NCBI GenBank assembly: GCA_934168245.1 | Contig: CAKPMY010000001.1 | Span: 68,761 to 132,760 of the forward strand | Direction: 5' to 3' | Origin: an uncultured Bacilli bacterium | GTDB taxonomy: Bacteria; Bacillota_I; Bacilli_A; RF39; UBA660 | Length of the DNA: 64,000 nucleotides | Shown: positions 20,700 to 29,946 of the stretch, in pieces | How positions within the stretch are numbered: the first letter of the stretch is position 1 | How the letters are laid out: the number at the start of each line of letters is the position of its first letter | Notes under the pieces: generated by a model | Database searches by the model: none | What the model saw: the letters and a program-made list of their open reading frames with translations, nothing else | What the model was told of the DNA's origin: nothing | Made by a program: the position numbers and the translations under genes

Positions 20700-21139
20700 G
20701 CTCCACCTCCTATTAAGAATCTAATCATTCCAAAAAACCAAGCAGCAACAACCCCATATAAAATAACCGAACCTGCTAACTTAAAAATATTAGACCCAAT
20801 TCCATATATTGGACCCTCTTTTTTATAATCAAGTGCTGCACTAGTCATAGAATGTGCAAATCCTGTAATAGGTATCAATAAACCACACTTAAACTTTGTC
20901 ACTAACTTATCAAAAAAACCTAAAGCCGTAGATAAACTCGCAATAAATATCATAATAATAATCATAAATGTAGATGCCTCAGTCCTAGAAACATGATAAA
21001 GACAACATAATAATTCAATTATCCCTTCACCTAACATTCCAACTATTCCACCAACTATAAACGCCACTAAAGCATTCTTTCCTCTAGTCTCTTCTGCTTT
21101 ATGAATATCCGCAATTTTTTTATAACTTTTTTTATCCAT
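20696..21139 (-). CDS. spoVAC: Stage V sporulation protein AC
   Basis: ~147-aa four-TM protein: NALVAFIVGGIVGMLGE...ITGFAHSMTSAALDYKKEG... SpoVAC signature. Probable start at the MDKKSY Met. Confidence 0.8.
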   Translation of the reverse strand: MDKKSYKKIADIHKAEETRGKNALVAFIVGGIVGMLGEGIIELLCCLYHVSRTEASTFMIIIMIFIASLSTALGFFDKLVTKFKCGLLIPITGFAHSMTSAALDYKKEGPIYGIGSNIFKLAGSVILYGVVAAWFFGMIRFLIGGGA

Positions 21140-21211
21140 AATCATCACCAGTAATAGCATTTCCCAAATAAATAAAATAATACAAAAAACTTAAGAATAT
21201 TTCATCTTAAG

Positions 21212-21850
21212 TTATAAAGCCACTCTTAATTTTTCTAAAATCTTACCTTCTTTTCTAGAAACTTGTACTTGACTAATACCAAGTTCTCTACTTGCTTCAC
21301 TCTGAGTCATATCTTCATAATATCTAGCAATTATTAAATTCTTCTCTTCGACAGACAATCTACTAATCTCACGTTTTAAATCTAAAATTTCCGGACTAGT
21401 TTCCTTATCATATGAAGCAACAGAATTATAAAACTCTGGAAGTTCTTCATCCACACTATAATCTAAACTTCTAACATCCAAAGCCGCAACTCTTGCTTCT
21501 TCTATTTTCTCCTCATCTATTTCCAAAAATAAAGAAAGCTCCGTAGTAGTTGGTTCTCTTCCCAACCTTTGACTCATCTGTTCACTAGCCTTTTCAATAC
21601 TTTGATTCAATTTAACTAAATCACTAGATATTTTAACTAATCCTGCTTCTCTAACATATTTACGTACTTCTCCTAATACATAGTAATAAGCATATGTCGA
21701 AAACTTCGTATTTAAACTACTATCAAAATTATGATATGCATTAATTAATCCAATCATTCCTACCTGATACAAATCATCTCTTTCAAAATACTTTGTATAT
21801 CTCTGAATAATACCATATACTAATCCCTCATAATTTAATAGTTCTTCCAT
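21212..21850 (-). CDS. sigF: Sporulation sigma factor, SigF-like (sigma-70 family, short N-terminus), 212 aa
   Basis: Region 2 (YQVGMIGLINAYHNFD), region 3 and region 4 HTH (EASRELGISQVQVSRKEGKILEKLR). Sits in the spoIIAC position between a spoIIAA-like gene and spoVA genes. Confidence 0.65.
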   Translation of the reverse strand: MEELLNYEGLVYGIIQRYTKYFERDDLYQVGMIGLINAYHNFDSSLNTKFSTYAYYYVLGEVRKYVREAGLVKISSDLVKLNQSIEKASEQMSQRLGREPTTTELSLFLEIDEEKIEEARVAALDVRSLDYSVDEELPEFYNSVASYDKETSPEILDLKREISRLSVEEKNLIIARYYEDMTQSEASRELGISQVQVSRKEGKILEKLRVAL

Positions 21851-21860
21851 ACTCTCCTTT

Positions 21861-22193
21861 CTAAATACTAAAACACTTTAATGCCTCAAACTCATCCTTT
21901 ACATAAAATAATCTTGATGAATCTCTTATTCCCTTAAATACATCACTAATTCCACATAAAACTACTTTTCCACAACTTAAAAATATTTCAACTAATTTTC
22001 TTTGGAAATCCCTAAAAATATTTTCATCGGTCTGTCTTACATGATTAAAATCAAATATAAAAAAATGCATTCCCTGCTTATAAAGTAAATAATCTATTTC
22101 TTCATCTAGTTTCTTAAATGTCTTATTAGTTAAATCACCTTCTAACTTAATTACTGTAAATCCTTTAACTACTCCAACATCCATTTCTAACAT
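21861..22193 (-). CDS. STAS-domain anti-sigma-factor antagonist, SpoIIAA-like, 110 aa
   Basis: VIKLEGDL...VVLCGISDVFKGI STAS pattern. 10-nt gap to sigF. The canonical DSSG phosphoserine motif is not recognisable. Confidence 0.55.
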   Translation of the reverse strand: MLEMDVGVVKGFTVIKLEGDLTNKTFKKLDEEIDYLLYKQGMHFFIFDFNHVRQTDENIFRDFQRKLVEIFLSCGKVVLCGISDVFKGIRDSSRLFYVKDEFEALKCFSI

Positions 22194-22245
22194 GAATCCA
22201 CCTCTCTATATTAATATAATGTTAGTCTCTTTAATTATCTACCAA

Positions 22246-22288
22246 TTCGACAAAATCTGTCAAAATATTCGTTCGACAAATCTCGACA
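22246..22288 (-). promoter_or_regulatory. Cluster of Spo0A-box-like repeats (TGTCGAA x2, TGTCGAG x1 on the minus strand) upstream of the spoIIAA-like/sigF operon
   Basis: Plus strand reads ttcgaca (22246-22252), ttcgaca (22272-22278) and ctcgaca (22282-22288). These are reverse complements of the 0A-box consensus TGNCGAA, 55-95 nt upstream of the 22193 start. Confidence 0.45.
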
Positions 22289-22302
22289 AAAAAGAAGAAA
22301 AG

Positions 22303-23037
22303 TTAATACCTTTTCTCCCACTCAATCAACTTAGCATGTACCACAAACTTCTCTCTCGTATCATAACAAGTAGCCAAAGTAAGTATTTTATCACTTGGTA
22401 CAATTTCTAATTCATCATATTTAACTAAACTTCTCTTCTTAATTAAATCGATAAAATTTAAAAACTCCTCATTACTATCATAACCAGTATATAAATAATC
22501 ATTAGTATTCGTAATTCTATAAATACTAAATATTTTAAATATATAATTATTATAAGGAGTAGAAATATAAACTAACTTCTCACTACCATCTTTATTAATT
22601 AAATCTCGTAAACTTCCAAACATAGTTCCATCTTCTCTACCATGTCCATAAATAATATTATTACTAACTAAATCATCTATATCATTTCTATAATCTGTAT
22701 ATATCCATCCTGCATAATTAAAAGACTTATCATATGAATGAGTTAAATAGTAAGAATTATCTTTATGTTTAACAACTGGAAAATTAACAGAAGTATCATC
22801 TACTTTTATCCAAGCCACTACTTCATTATTAATTTTAGCAAGTTCTGTGAAATCAACAGAAAGAAAAGTACTAATTGGATTAATCTCTATCCTAGTAACT
22901 TCTTGAACTAACTTAATACTCTCTTTAGTCTTCTTATTATCTTCATTCCAATTAACAATATAAAAAAAAGAAAAGAGCATAGCGCCTAAAGAAGATATTA
23001 ATAAAACTATTGGTATTAACATTTTCTTCATATACAT
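22303..23037 (-). CDS. srtB: Class B sortase
   Basis: N-terminal TM, NSYYLTH, IIYGHG (His) and TLATCYD (TLxTC catalytic Cys), ~244 aa as for SrtB-type enzymes. Confidence 0.7.
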   Translation of the reverse strand: MYMKKMLIPIVLLISSLGAMLFSFFYIVNWNEDNKKTKESIKLVQEVTRIEINPISTFLSVDFTELAKINNEVVAWIKVDDTSVNFPVVKHKDNSYYLTHSYDKSFNYAGWIYTDYRNDIDDLVSNNIIYGHGREDGTMFGSLRDLINKDGSEKLVYISTPYNNYIFKIFSIYRITNTNDYLYTGYDSNEEFLNFIDLIKKRSLVKYDELEIVPSDKILTLATCYDTREKFVVHAKLIEWEKRY

Positions 23038-23045
23038 GCTCCTTT

Positions 23046-24251
23046 CTACAAAACATCTATATTATCATCTGTATTATTATCTATATTAGTATCATCCTTA
23101 GTCTTATCTTCAACTAAAGTATTCTGTATATAACCATCATTAGGAATATAAGAATTATTTAGACTTTCATTCGAAGTAGAAACAATAACCGGCTCTTCTG
23201 TAATGCCACTAACAGTATTAACATTAGCCTGACTCATACTTGGAGTCACATTCGCCGCATTAGCCTTACCTTGACTCACTTTCAAAGTTTCATTACTATC
23301 TACATTCAAAGTCTTATTCTCCAAATTACTATTAATCTGATTTATATCTAAAGCCTCATTATTAAAATTATTAACTATATTATTAGTATTAACACTTCTC
23401 TCTCTTCTTTTCTTTTCATACTTCTTTTTATCTCTAAGTACAAAGAATAATACTAACAATAATATTACAAAAACAAGTACTAAACTTAAATATAAAATCT
23501 TCTCATCTTTTCCTAACTTCTTCGTAACAGGTGTACTTTCTAAAACTTCAGGACTATATTCAACTCTAGTCCCACGTACTAGCAATCTATGTGTGTTTAT
23601 CGCATATGGTGTACAAGTAACTAGTGTTACATAATCTTCTCCTTCCTGAAGTTTTAAAGCCTCTATATCTGATGGTTCTACAACAAGTACTTGATCAACT
23701 TTATAAGCAAATACTTGATCTAAAATATAGACATAAAACATATCTCCATTTTGGAGTTGATTCAAATCAGTGAATAGTCTTGCTGAAGGCAATCCAGAAT
23801 GAGCCGATAACACTGCATGTGTTGTATCTCCTCCTACTGGAAAAGAACTACCTTCAACATGACCAACACCTTTTTGTAATACTTCATCACTTGTACCATG
23901 ATAGATAGGTATCTTAACATCTATCTTTGGTATTTGTAAATATCCCATCATTCCATTATCCCTAACATTTAAAATATTTAGGTATTCTTGAGACGTTGAT
24001 TGTTCTGGATTAGTAAAAGCATCAACAATATTAGAACCAGATATTCTACTATTATAAAGTCTAGCCTCATCAATCATTTCTTTATTCTTATTACTAGTAT
24101 TTGAAGATATATCACTAGAATAAGCTGTAATTACTTCAACTGCCTGATTAGAATTAATATAATTAATAACAACAGGATATAACATTATAGATAAACCTAT
24201 TAAAATACATATTGAAAATATAATAACAGGTATCTTTTTCTTTATATTCAA
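23046..24251 (-). CDS. srtC: Class C (pilus-polymerising) sortase with an unusual ~125-aa N/S/T-rich C-terminal cytoplasmic tail
   Basis: HAVLSAHSGL (His), TLVTCTPYAINTHRLLVRG (TLxTC plus Arg) and a C-terminal TM followed by a KKKYEKKRRER stop-transfer. The C-terminus then continues as a long low-complexity tail. Confidence 0.8.
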   Translation of the reverse strand: MNIKKKIPVIIFSICILIGLSIMLYPVVINYINSNQAVEVITAYSSDISSNTSNKNKEMIDEARLYNSRISGSNIVDAFTNPEQSTSQEYLNILNVRDNGMMGYLQIPKIDVKIPIYHGTSDEVLQKGVGHVEGSSFPVGGDTTHAVLSAHSGLPSARLFTDLNQLQNGDMFYVYILDQVFAYKVDQVLVVEPSDIEALKLQEGEDYVTLVTCTPYAINTHRLLVRGTRVEYSPEVLESTPVTKKLGKDEKILYLSLVLVFVILLLVLFFVLRDKKKYEKKRRERSVNTNNIVNNFNNEALDINQINSNLENKTLNVDSNETLKVSQGKANAANVTPSMSQANVNTVSGITEEPVIVSTSNESLNNSYIPNDGYIQNTLVEDKTKDDTNIDNNTDDNIDVL

Positions 24252-24252
24252 A

Positions 24253-25755
24253 TTATTCAGTTATTTCTTCTTTTTTATTACGATAAACAATAATAGCAAT
24301 AGCTGACGCTGCGATTACTAATAAACCAATGAAACTAAATAAAGAAGTACCCATACCACCAGTAAATGGTAATGTACCAGTTTCATATGCTGCTATATCA
24401 ACTCTATAATAACCAGTAACTGTACCTTCCGTAGCACCTGTTATTTTAACCTTTATAGGAACCGCATCTTTTGGTAATCCATATCCAGCAGCAGTAGAAG
24501 TTTGTTTTAAATAATATGTACCAGATTTAACACCAGCATAACTACCTCTACCATTAGTATCAGTAGTAATATCTCCTACTTTAGTACTTAATGCTGCATC
24601 AGAGTAAACCTCAAATTTAACATTAGATAACTTCTTAGAATTATCACTATTAGAATAGATAAATAATTCAATACCATATGTAAATGCTGATACATTAACT
24701 GCTGAAGTTGTAGTAGTAAGTGTACCATATGGATCATTTGCATATGTTAATACTGCACTATTTAAGTTACCTGCATCTCCTAATGTAGCACTACTATTAA
24801 GTTTAGCCTTATATTGAACTGTAACAGTAGTAGCATCAATATAACTAGTATTAAATACTATAGTAATCTTTTGTCCAGTAATTGTAGCCGTAGCAACAGT
24901 ATTACCAGAAGAGTTTTTAAATGTACCATTACTATTAGTTAAAGTAGTTGTTCCATACTTAATAGTCATTGTACTAAGTGCTGATAATGTAATACCATTT
25001 CCAACTGTATCAGTAATAGTATAAACAGTATTAGTTGCATTAGTAGGATATTGAGGAACAGTACCAACTAAAATATAAGTAAACTCTTGTCCAAAAGAAT
25101 AATCTCCTTCAAAATAACCTTCTGAACCAACATACTTAGTAAGTGAAGCATTACTAACTTTAGCAACTATAGTAGAATTGTTAATCTCCCAAGTAGTACC
25201 ATTTGCAACTGGAATAACATTTCCAACCATAACAGCATAAACATTAGTAGTAACACTAGGTATTACTAAATAAGCACCTGCCGCAACAGTACCAGTTGCT
25301 GTACTACCAGAAGTAGTTAAAGCCGTACTAGTAGTCGTATGATTCTTAACATATGTTGCATAAGCACTAACTAACTTATCTAATGTAGATTGAGTTCTAG
25401 TAGAACCAGATGTAATATCACCAGATGTCAAAGCATAATACTCATCTACTGTAAGATTTTTATAAGTACTACTAGAAGCAAGAAATGCCTTAAAACTAGT
25501 AGTAAATTCATAAGTCATTACATTAGAAGTAGCATTATAATAAACATCTAAAATCTTATATGCAACTAACCTATCAGCCGTCCCAACATTAGAAACAGTA
25601 ATAGTTCCTGTATTAGTTACTAATAAACTACTAGGATCGGTAGTACCTTTTTTACTACTATCAGTAGTAATTGTAACAGCATCTACATTTAAAAATATTC
25701 CAAATGTAAATATTGCAACCAATAACCCAATAATTTTCTTTTTCATTTTATACAT
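24253..25755 (-). CDS. LPXTG-type pilin subunit (sorting signal LPFTGG + TM + RNKKEE), paralogue 1, 500 aa
   Basis: Signal peptide, T/S/V-rich Ig-like sequence, E-box-like YYLKQTSTAAGYGLP and C-terminal TGTLPFTGGMGT...hydrophobic...YRNKKEE. Stop overlaps the srtC start. Confidence 0.7.
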   Translation of the reverse strand: MYKMKKKIIGLLVAIFTFGIFLNVDAVTITTDSSKKGTTDPSSLLVTNTGTITVSNVGTADRLVAYKILDVYYNATSNVMTYEFTTSFKAFLASSSTYKNLTVDEYYALTSGDITSGSTRTQSTLDKLVSAYATYVKNHTTTSTALTTSGSTATGTVAAGAYLVIPSVTTNVYAVMVGNVIPVANGTTWEINNSTIVAKVSNASLTKYVGSEGYFEGDYSFGQEFTYILVGTVPQYPTNATNTVYTITDTVGNGITLSALSTMTIKYGTTTLTNSNGTFKNSSGNTVATATITGQKITIVFNTSYIDATTVTVQYKAKLNSSATLGDAGNLNSAVLTYANDPYGTLTTTTSAVNVSAFTYGIELFIYSNSDNSKKLSNVKFEVYSDAALSTKVGDITTDTNGRGSYAGVKSGTYYLKQTSTAAGYGLPKDAVPIKVKITGATEGTVTGYYRVDIAAYETGTLPFTGGMGTSLFSFIGLLVIAASAIAIIVYRNKKEEITE

Positions 25756-25922
25756 CCTTTCTTTACTTTATATATAACAAATCATCCTAAAATATCACTC
25801 TTTACAAAGTTGAAGTATTTATAAAAAACTAATATTATAAAACAATTTTGTTACCCAAACTATTTAACCTACCTTATAATATATTTTAAACGTAAATGTA
25901 AAATTTTTCAATACAAACCACC

Positions 25923-25951
25923 TAAAAAAGACCTTCTTTTTAAGAAAGTCT
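25923..25951 (-). terminator. Terminator-like hairpin at the 3' end of pilin paralogue 2
   Basis: AGACCTTCTT-TTT-AAGAAAGTCT (10-bp stem, one mismatch) overlapping the stop codon, followed by a U6 run on the minus strand. Confidence 0.4.
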
Positions 25952-27436
25952 CTTATTCTTATTTTTCCCTCTATACAAACTAAATATCATAAAAGATGTA
26001 ATTATTACAACTAAACCTACCAAAGTATAAATAATTGTTCCAAGTCCTCCAGTAAATGGCAAAGTAGCAACCTTTATTGTTGGTATTTCTACTTTATAAT
26101 ATCCATCTATTGTTCCATCTACTGATCCATTTATTTTTACACTCATGCTTACTGTAGTTGCTAAACCATATCCTGTTGCTGTCTTAGTATTTTTTAAATA
26201 ATATGTACCAGCAGCCACACCTCTTAAAGTACCAACGCCATCACTACCTGTAGTTATAGTTCCAACTTTACGAGTTAGTCCTGAATCAGAATAAACATCA
26301 AACGTAACTCCAGATAACAATGTCGCCATATTATCTCTATCATAAACCAATAATTCAATACCATACGTATATGCTCCTACACTAACAGCCGTAGTCGTAG
26401 TTGTTCCTGTATAATATGGATCATTAGAATATGTCAAAGTCGCACTATTTAAGTTACCAAGCTCACCTAAAACAGCCCCAGTATTAAAGTTAGCCTTATA
26501 CTCAACTGTAATAGTACTATTAGTAATATAATTAGTATAAAAAGTAATTACTAAATTATTACCCGTAATACTAGCCGAACCAACAGTATTATCTGAAGAA
26601 TCTTTAAAAATACCATTATTATTAGTTAATGTAACACTTCCATCTCTAATACTAATATTATTAACTCCTGCAAAAGTTAATCCTGATCCAAGTGTATCTT
26701 TAATTGTATAAACAGTATTAGTAGCATTAGTAGGATATCTAGGAACAGTAGCAACTAAATAATAAGAAATATCATCCACAAGATAATAGTCTCTTTCAAT
26801 ATCTCCAATAGAACCAATTGACTTCGTAATAGAAGGTTCTGCTACTTTCGGTACAATAAAGGCATTACTCAAAAACCATTCACCAATATTATTAGGTTCA
26901 AATACAACATTCGCAACCATAACTGAATATATTTTTGCTGTAGCATTTGGTAATATCAAATAAGCCCCACTATATACGGGAGTAACAATATCAAGATATT
27001 CATCACTCACGATAGAATTAGTTTTTATATAAGTAGTATAAGCACTCATTAATTTATCTAACGTAGAATTTGTAACTGTAGAACCAGATGTAATATCACC
27101 AGATGTCAAATTAAAATAATCACCAACAGTTAAATTTTTATATGTAGAATTACTTGTTAAAAACTTCTTAAAATTACTAGTAAATTCATAAGTTATAACA
27201 TTACTAGTAGAATTATAAAAAGCATCTAATATCTTATACAAAGAAAAAGTATCATTACCAATATTAGTAGGATCTACATCTACACTTCCTCTAGAAGTTA
27301 TCAAATAACTATTCGTATCAACTGTACCTTTAGTATTAGAATCAACGGTAATATTAACTGCCTTTACATTGATAAACATACAAAAAACGACTAAAATAAT
27401 TACTCCAAATATCTTCTTCATACTACATCCTCTCAT
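25940..27436 (-). CDS. LPXTG-type pilin subunit (LPFTGG), paralogue 2 (most divergent), 498 aa
   Basis: Same architecture: signal peptide, conserved YKILDAFYNSTSNVITYEFT block, E-box YYLKNTKTATGYGL, ATLPFTGGLGT + TM + RGKNKNKR. Confidence 0.7.
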   Translation of the reverse strand: MRGCSMKKIFGVIILVVFCMFINVKAVNITVDSNTKGTVDTNSYLITSRGSVDVDPTNIGNDTFSLYKILDAFYNSTSNVITYEFTSNFKKFLTSNSTYKNLTVGDYFNLTSGDITSGSTVTNSTLDKLMSAYTTYIKTNSIVSDEYLDIVTPVYSGAYLILPNATAKIYSVMVANVVFEPNNIGEWFLSNAFIVPKVAEPSITKSIGSIGDIERDYYLVDDISYYLVATVPRYPTNATNTVYTIKDTLGSGLTFAGVNNISIRDGSVTLTNNNGIFKDSSDNTVGSASITGNNLVITFYTNYITNSTITVEYKANFNTGAVLGELGNLNSATLTYSNDPYYTGTTTTTAVSVGAYTYGIELLVYDRDNMATLLSGVTFDVYSDSGLTRKVGTITTGSDGVGTLRGVAAGTYYLKNTKTATGYGLATTVSMSVKINGSVDGTIDGYYKVEIPTIKVATLPFTGGLGTIIYTLVGLVVIITSFMIFSLYRGKNKNKRLS

Positions 27437-27472
27437 ACTATAATATCTATTACAATTTTACAAAGAAAAGCA

Positions 27473-27501
27473 TAAAAAAACAAGCCTTAACTTAGGCTTG
27501 T
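27473..27501 (-). terminator. Rho-independent terminator at the 3' end of pilin paralogue 3
   Basis: Perfect 8-bp stem ACAAGCCT / AGGCTTGT (loop TAACTT) overlapping the last codons, followed by U7 on the minus strand. Confidence 0.55.
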
Positions 27502-28991
27502 TCTTGCTCTTTTTTTCTATTATATAAAACGAATAGTAAAATTGCACTAACTACAGTAATTAAACCAATCATTGTATATAAAACTGTACCAATACTACCA
27601 GTAAATGGTAATGTTCCTGATTCAAACGCAGATACTTCTGCTATATAATAACCTTCAGTTTTACCTTCAGTAGAACCTTCGATTTTTACTTTAACAGGAA
27701 CTGCATCTCTTGGTAAATTATAACCAGGTGCAGTTGAAACTTGTTTTAAATAATAAGTACCTTCAGCAACACCAGGTAAAAGTGCTTTACCCTCAGAATC
27801 AGTAGTTACTTCACCAATTTTATTAGTTAATGATGAATCTGAATAAATTTCAAATTTAACACCAGATAATACTATACTATGATCTTTATCTGCATAAATT
27901 AATACTTCAATACCATAAGTAAATGCTGATGCATTAACTGCTGAAGTAGAATTAGTACCAGTTCCATATGGATCATTTGAATATGTCAATACAGCACTAT
28001 TTAAGTTTCCTGCTGAACCAACTGTAGCATTATTATTTAATTTTGCCTTATATTCAATTGTTACTGTAGTACTTAAAACATAATTAGTATCAAATACTAT
28101 AGTAAGTTTTTGTCCATTAACTGTAATAGTTGCTACTGTATTACCTGCAGCATTTTTAATTACACCATTAGAATTAGTTAATGTTGTATTACCATCTTTT
28201 ACAATTATAGTAGAAATACTTGATAATGTAATAGCATCACTAACTGTATCTACAATAGTATAAGTCTTATTAGTAGCATTAGTAGGATATTGAGGAACAG
28301 TACCAACTAAGAAGTATGAGAATTCTTCTCCAATTGAATAGTTACCATCAACATGTCCAATTGTACCAATTGACTTTGTAACTGAAGCAGTACTGATTTT
28401 TGCTTTTATTGTTACATCACTAATATTCCATTCATTACCATTAGCAACTGGAATAACATTTCCAACCATTACTGCATAAACACTAATTGTAGATTTAGGA
28501 ATAATTAAATAAGCACCTGCCTCAACAACAGCACCTGTTGCTCCTTCACTAGCAGTATAAGCCAAATCAGTTCCAGCAACTGCATGAGTTTTTACATAAG
28601 CAGCATATAAACTAACTAACTTATCTAATGTAGATTGAGTTCTAGTAGAACCAGATGTAATATCACCAGATGTTAAATTATAATATTGATCAACTGTAAG
28701 ATTTTTATAATCTGTAGTAGTAGCCAAGAATGCTTTAAAATCACTAGTAAACTCATAAGTAAATACATTAGTAGATGCATTATAGAATGTATCTAAAATC
28801 TTATAAGCAACTAAAGAATCAGTTGTTGGAGCATTAGTAATATTAATAGCACCTTGACTAGTTACTAATGCACTATTTGTATCAATAGTACCTTTTTTAC
28901 TTGTATCAGTCGTTATTGTTTCTGCATTAACATTTAGTACAAGTCCAAATGTAAATATAGCAACTAACAACCCAATAATTTTCTTATTCAT
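27492..28991 (-). CDS. LPXTG-type pilin subunit (LPFTGS), paralogue 3, 499 aa
   Basis: Near-identical signal peptide to paralogue 1 (KKIIGLLVAIFTFG), same conserved blocks, E-box YYLKQVSTAPGYNLP, SGTLPFTGSIGT + TM + NRKKEQ. Confidence 0.7.
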   Translation of the reverse strand: MNKKIIGLLVAIFTFGLVLNVNAETITTDTSKKGTIDTNSALVTSQGAINITNAPTTDSLVAYKILDTFYNASTNVFTYEFTSDFKAFLATTTDYKNLTVDQYYNLTSGDITSGSTRTQSTLDKLVSLYAAYVKTHAVAGTDLAYTASEGATGAVVEAGAYLIIPKSTISVYAVMVGNVIPVANGNEWNISDVTIKAKISTASVTKSIGTIGHVDGNYSIGEEFSYFLVGTVPQYPTNATNKTYTIVDTVSDAITLSSISTIIVKDGNTTLTNSNGVIKNAAGNTVATITVNGQKLTIVFDTNYVLSTTVTIEYKAKLNNNATVGSAGNLNSAVLTYSNDPYGTGTNSTSAVNASAFTYGIEVLIYADKDHSIVLSGVKFEIYSDSSLTNKIGEVTTDSEGKALLPGVAEGTYYLKQVSTAPGYNLPRDAVPVKVKIEGSTEGKTEGYYIAEVSAFESGTLPFTGSIGTVLYTMIGLITVVSAILLFVLYNRKKEQEQA

Positions 28992-29130
28992 AATATTCGT
29001 CCTTTCTTTTCTTTATATATAACAAACCCAATCCAAATATCATTAAACTATCTACGAGCTGCAGTTACTCATATTCACCTAAACAACATCTGAATAAAGA
29101 TTTTGCTACCTAAATTAATTAATTATTTTC

Positions 29131-29946
29131 TTATCCTTCACTAGAAGTATTTTGATTATCTTGATTCATATTCTGATTATTAATCTGATTATTGTCTTGA
29201 TTATCTACCTGATTAATAACCGAATTATCACTCTGAGTAGTAACTTGACTATCTATTTGATTTACATTCATACTACCCGCATCAGTCTTCTTATTATTCT
29301 TCTTCTTTTTGATAATAAGTACAATCGCCACAATAAATATAATTAAAGCAATTCCAAATATCGCAACATATAGATATATAGTATCAGCTGTATATGGAGG
29401 ATCTACTCCGCCATCTCCTGGATTAACATTCAAAGATTTAGCCTCAGTCTTAGCAAAAACACTTAAATCATACATATAAACATCTTGAATTTCGTTAAAA
29501 TTAGGTAAACTGACTAATAATGGTCCAGATGAATATTCATAATCCTCAGTCTTCTTACTATCAACTCTAATTAAATACAATCCCACTTTTAAATCTTTAA
29601 AAGTAAATTCTCCATTACTATCAGTCTTCGTACTAGCAATATAATTAATATTATTATCACTTATATACTTATTAAGTTTACTAGTATAATCATCCCATTC
29701 AAAACTCTCTAATGTATTAACATCTTCTGTATATCCTACAAACTCATCAACATAAGTATATTTAGCCAACTCACTCATATCAGCAATCTTGTATAAATAA
29801 ACATTAGTATCTGTAATATTAACATCACTGTAATTATACTTACCTATTATACTAGTCAATCTATTAACTTCAATTTCTGCATTTACATTAGTAATAGTAA
29901 AGAAGAATGCTACTATAAAAACAACTAATAATTTAATTTTTTTCAT
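29131..29946 (-). CDS. Small CnaB-like surface protein with C-terminal TM anchor and Q/N-rich cytoplasmic tail, 271 aa (candidate minor/basal pilus component)
   Basis: Signal peptide, TDSNGEFTFKDLKVGLYLIRVDSKK (CnaB/prealbumin-like motif) and a TM helix preceded by VNPGDGGVDPPYTADT (no canonical LPXTG). KKKKNNKK stop-transfer is followed by a ~50-aa Q/N-rich tail. Start abuts the stop of the upstream gene. Confidence 0.45.
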   Translation of the reverse strand: MKKIKLLVVFIVAFFFTITNVNAEIEVNRLTSIIGKYNYSDVNITDTNVYLYKIADMSELAKYTYVDEFVGYTEDVNTLESFEWDDYTSKLNKYISDNNINYIASTKTDSNGEFTFKDLKVGLYLIRVDSKKTEDYEYSSGPLLVSLPNFNEIQDVYMYDLSVFAKTEAKSLNVNPGDGGVDPPYTADTIYLYVAIFGIALIIFIVAIVLIIKKKKNNKKTDAGSMNVNQIDSQVTTQSDNSVINQVDNQDNNQINNQNMNQDNQNTSSEG

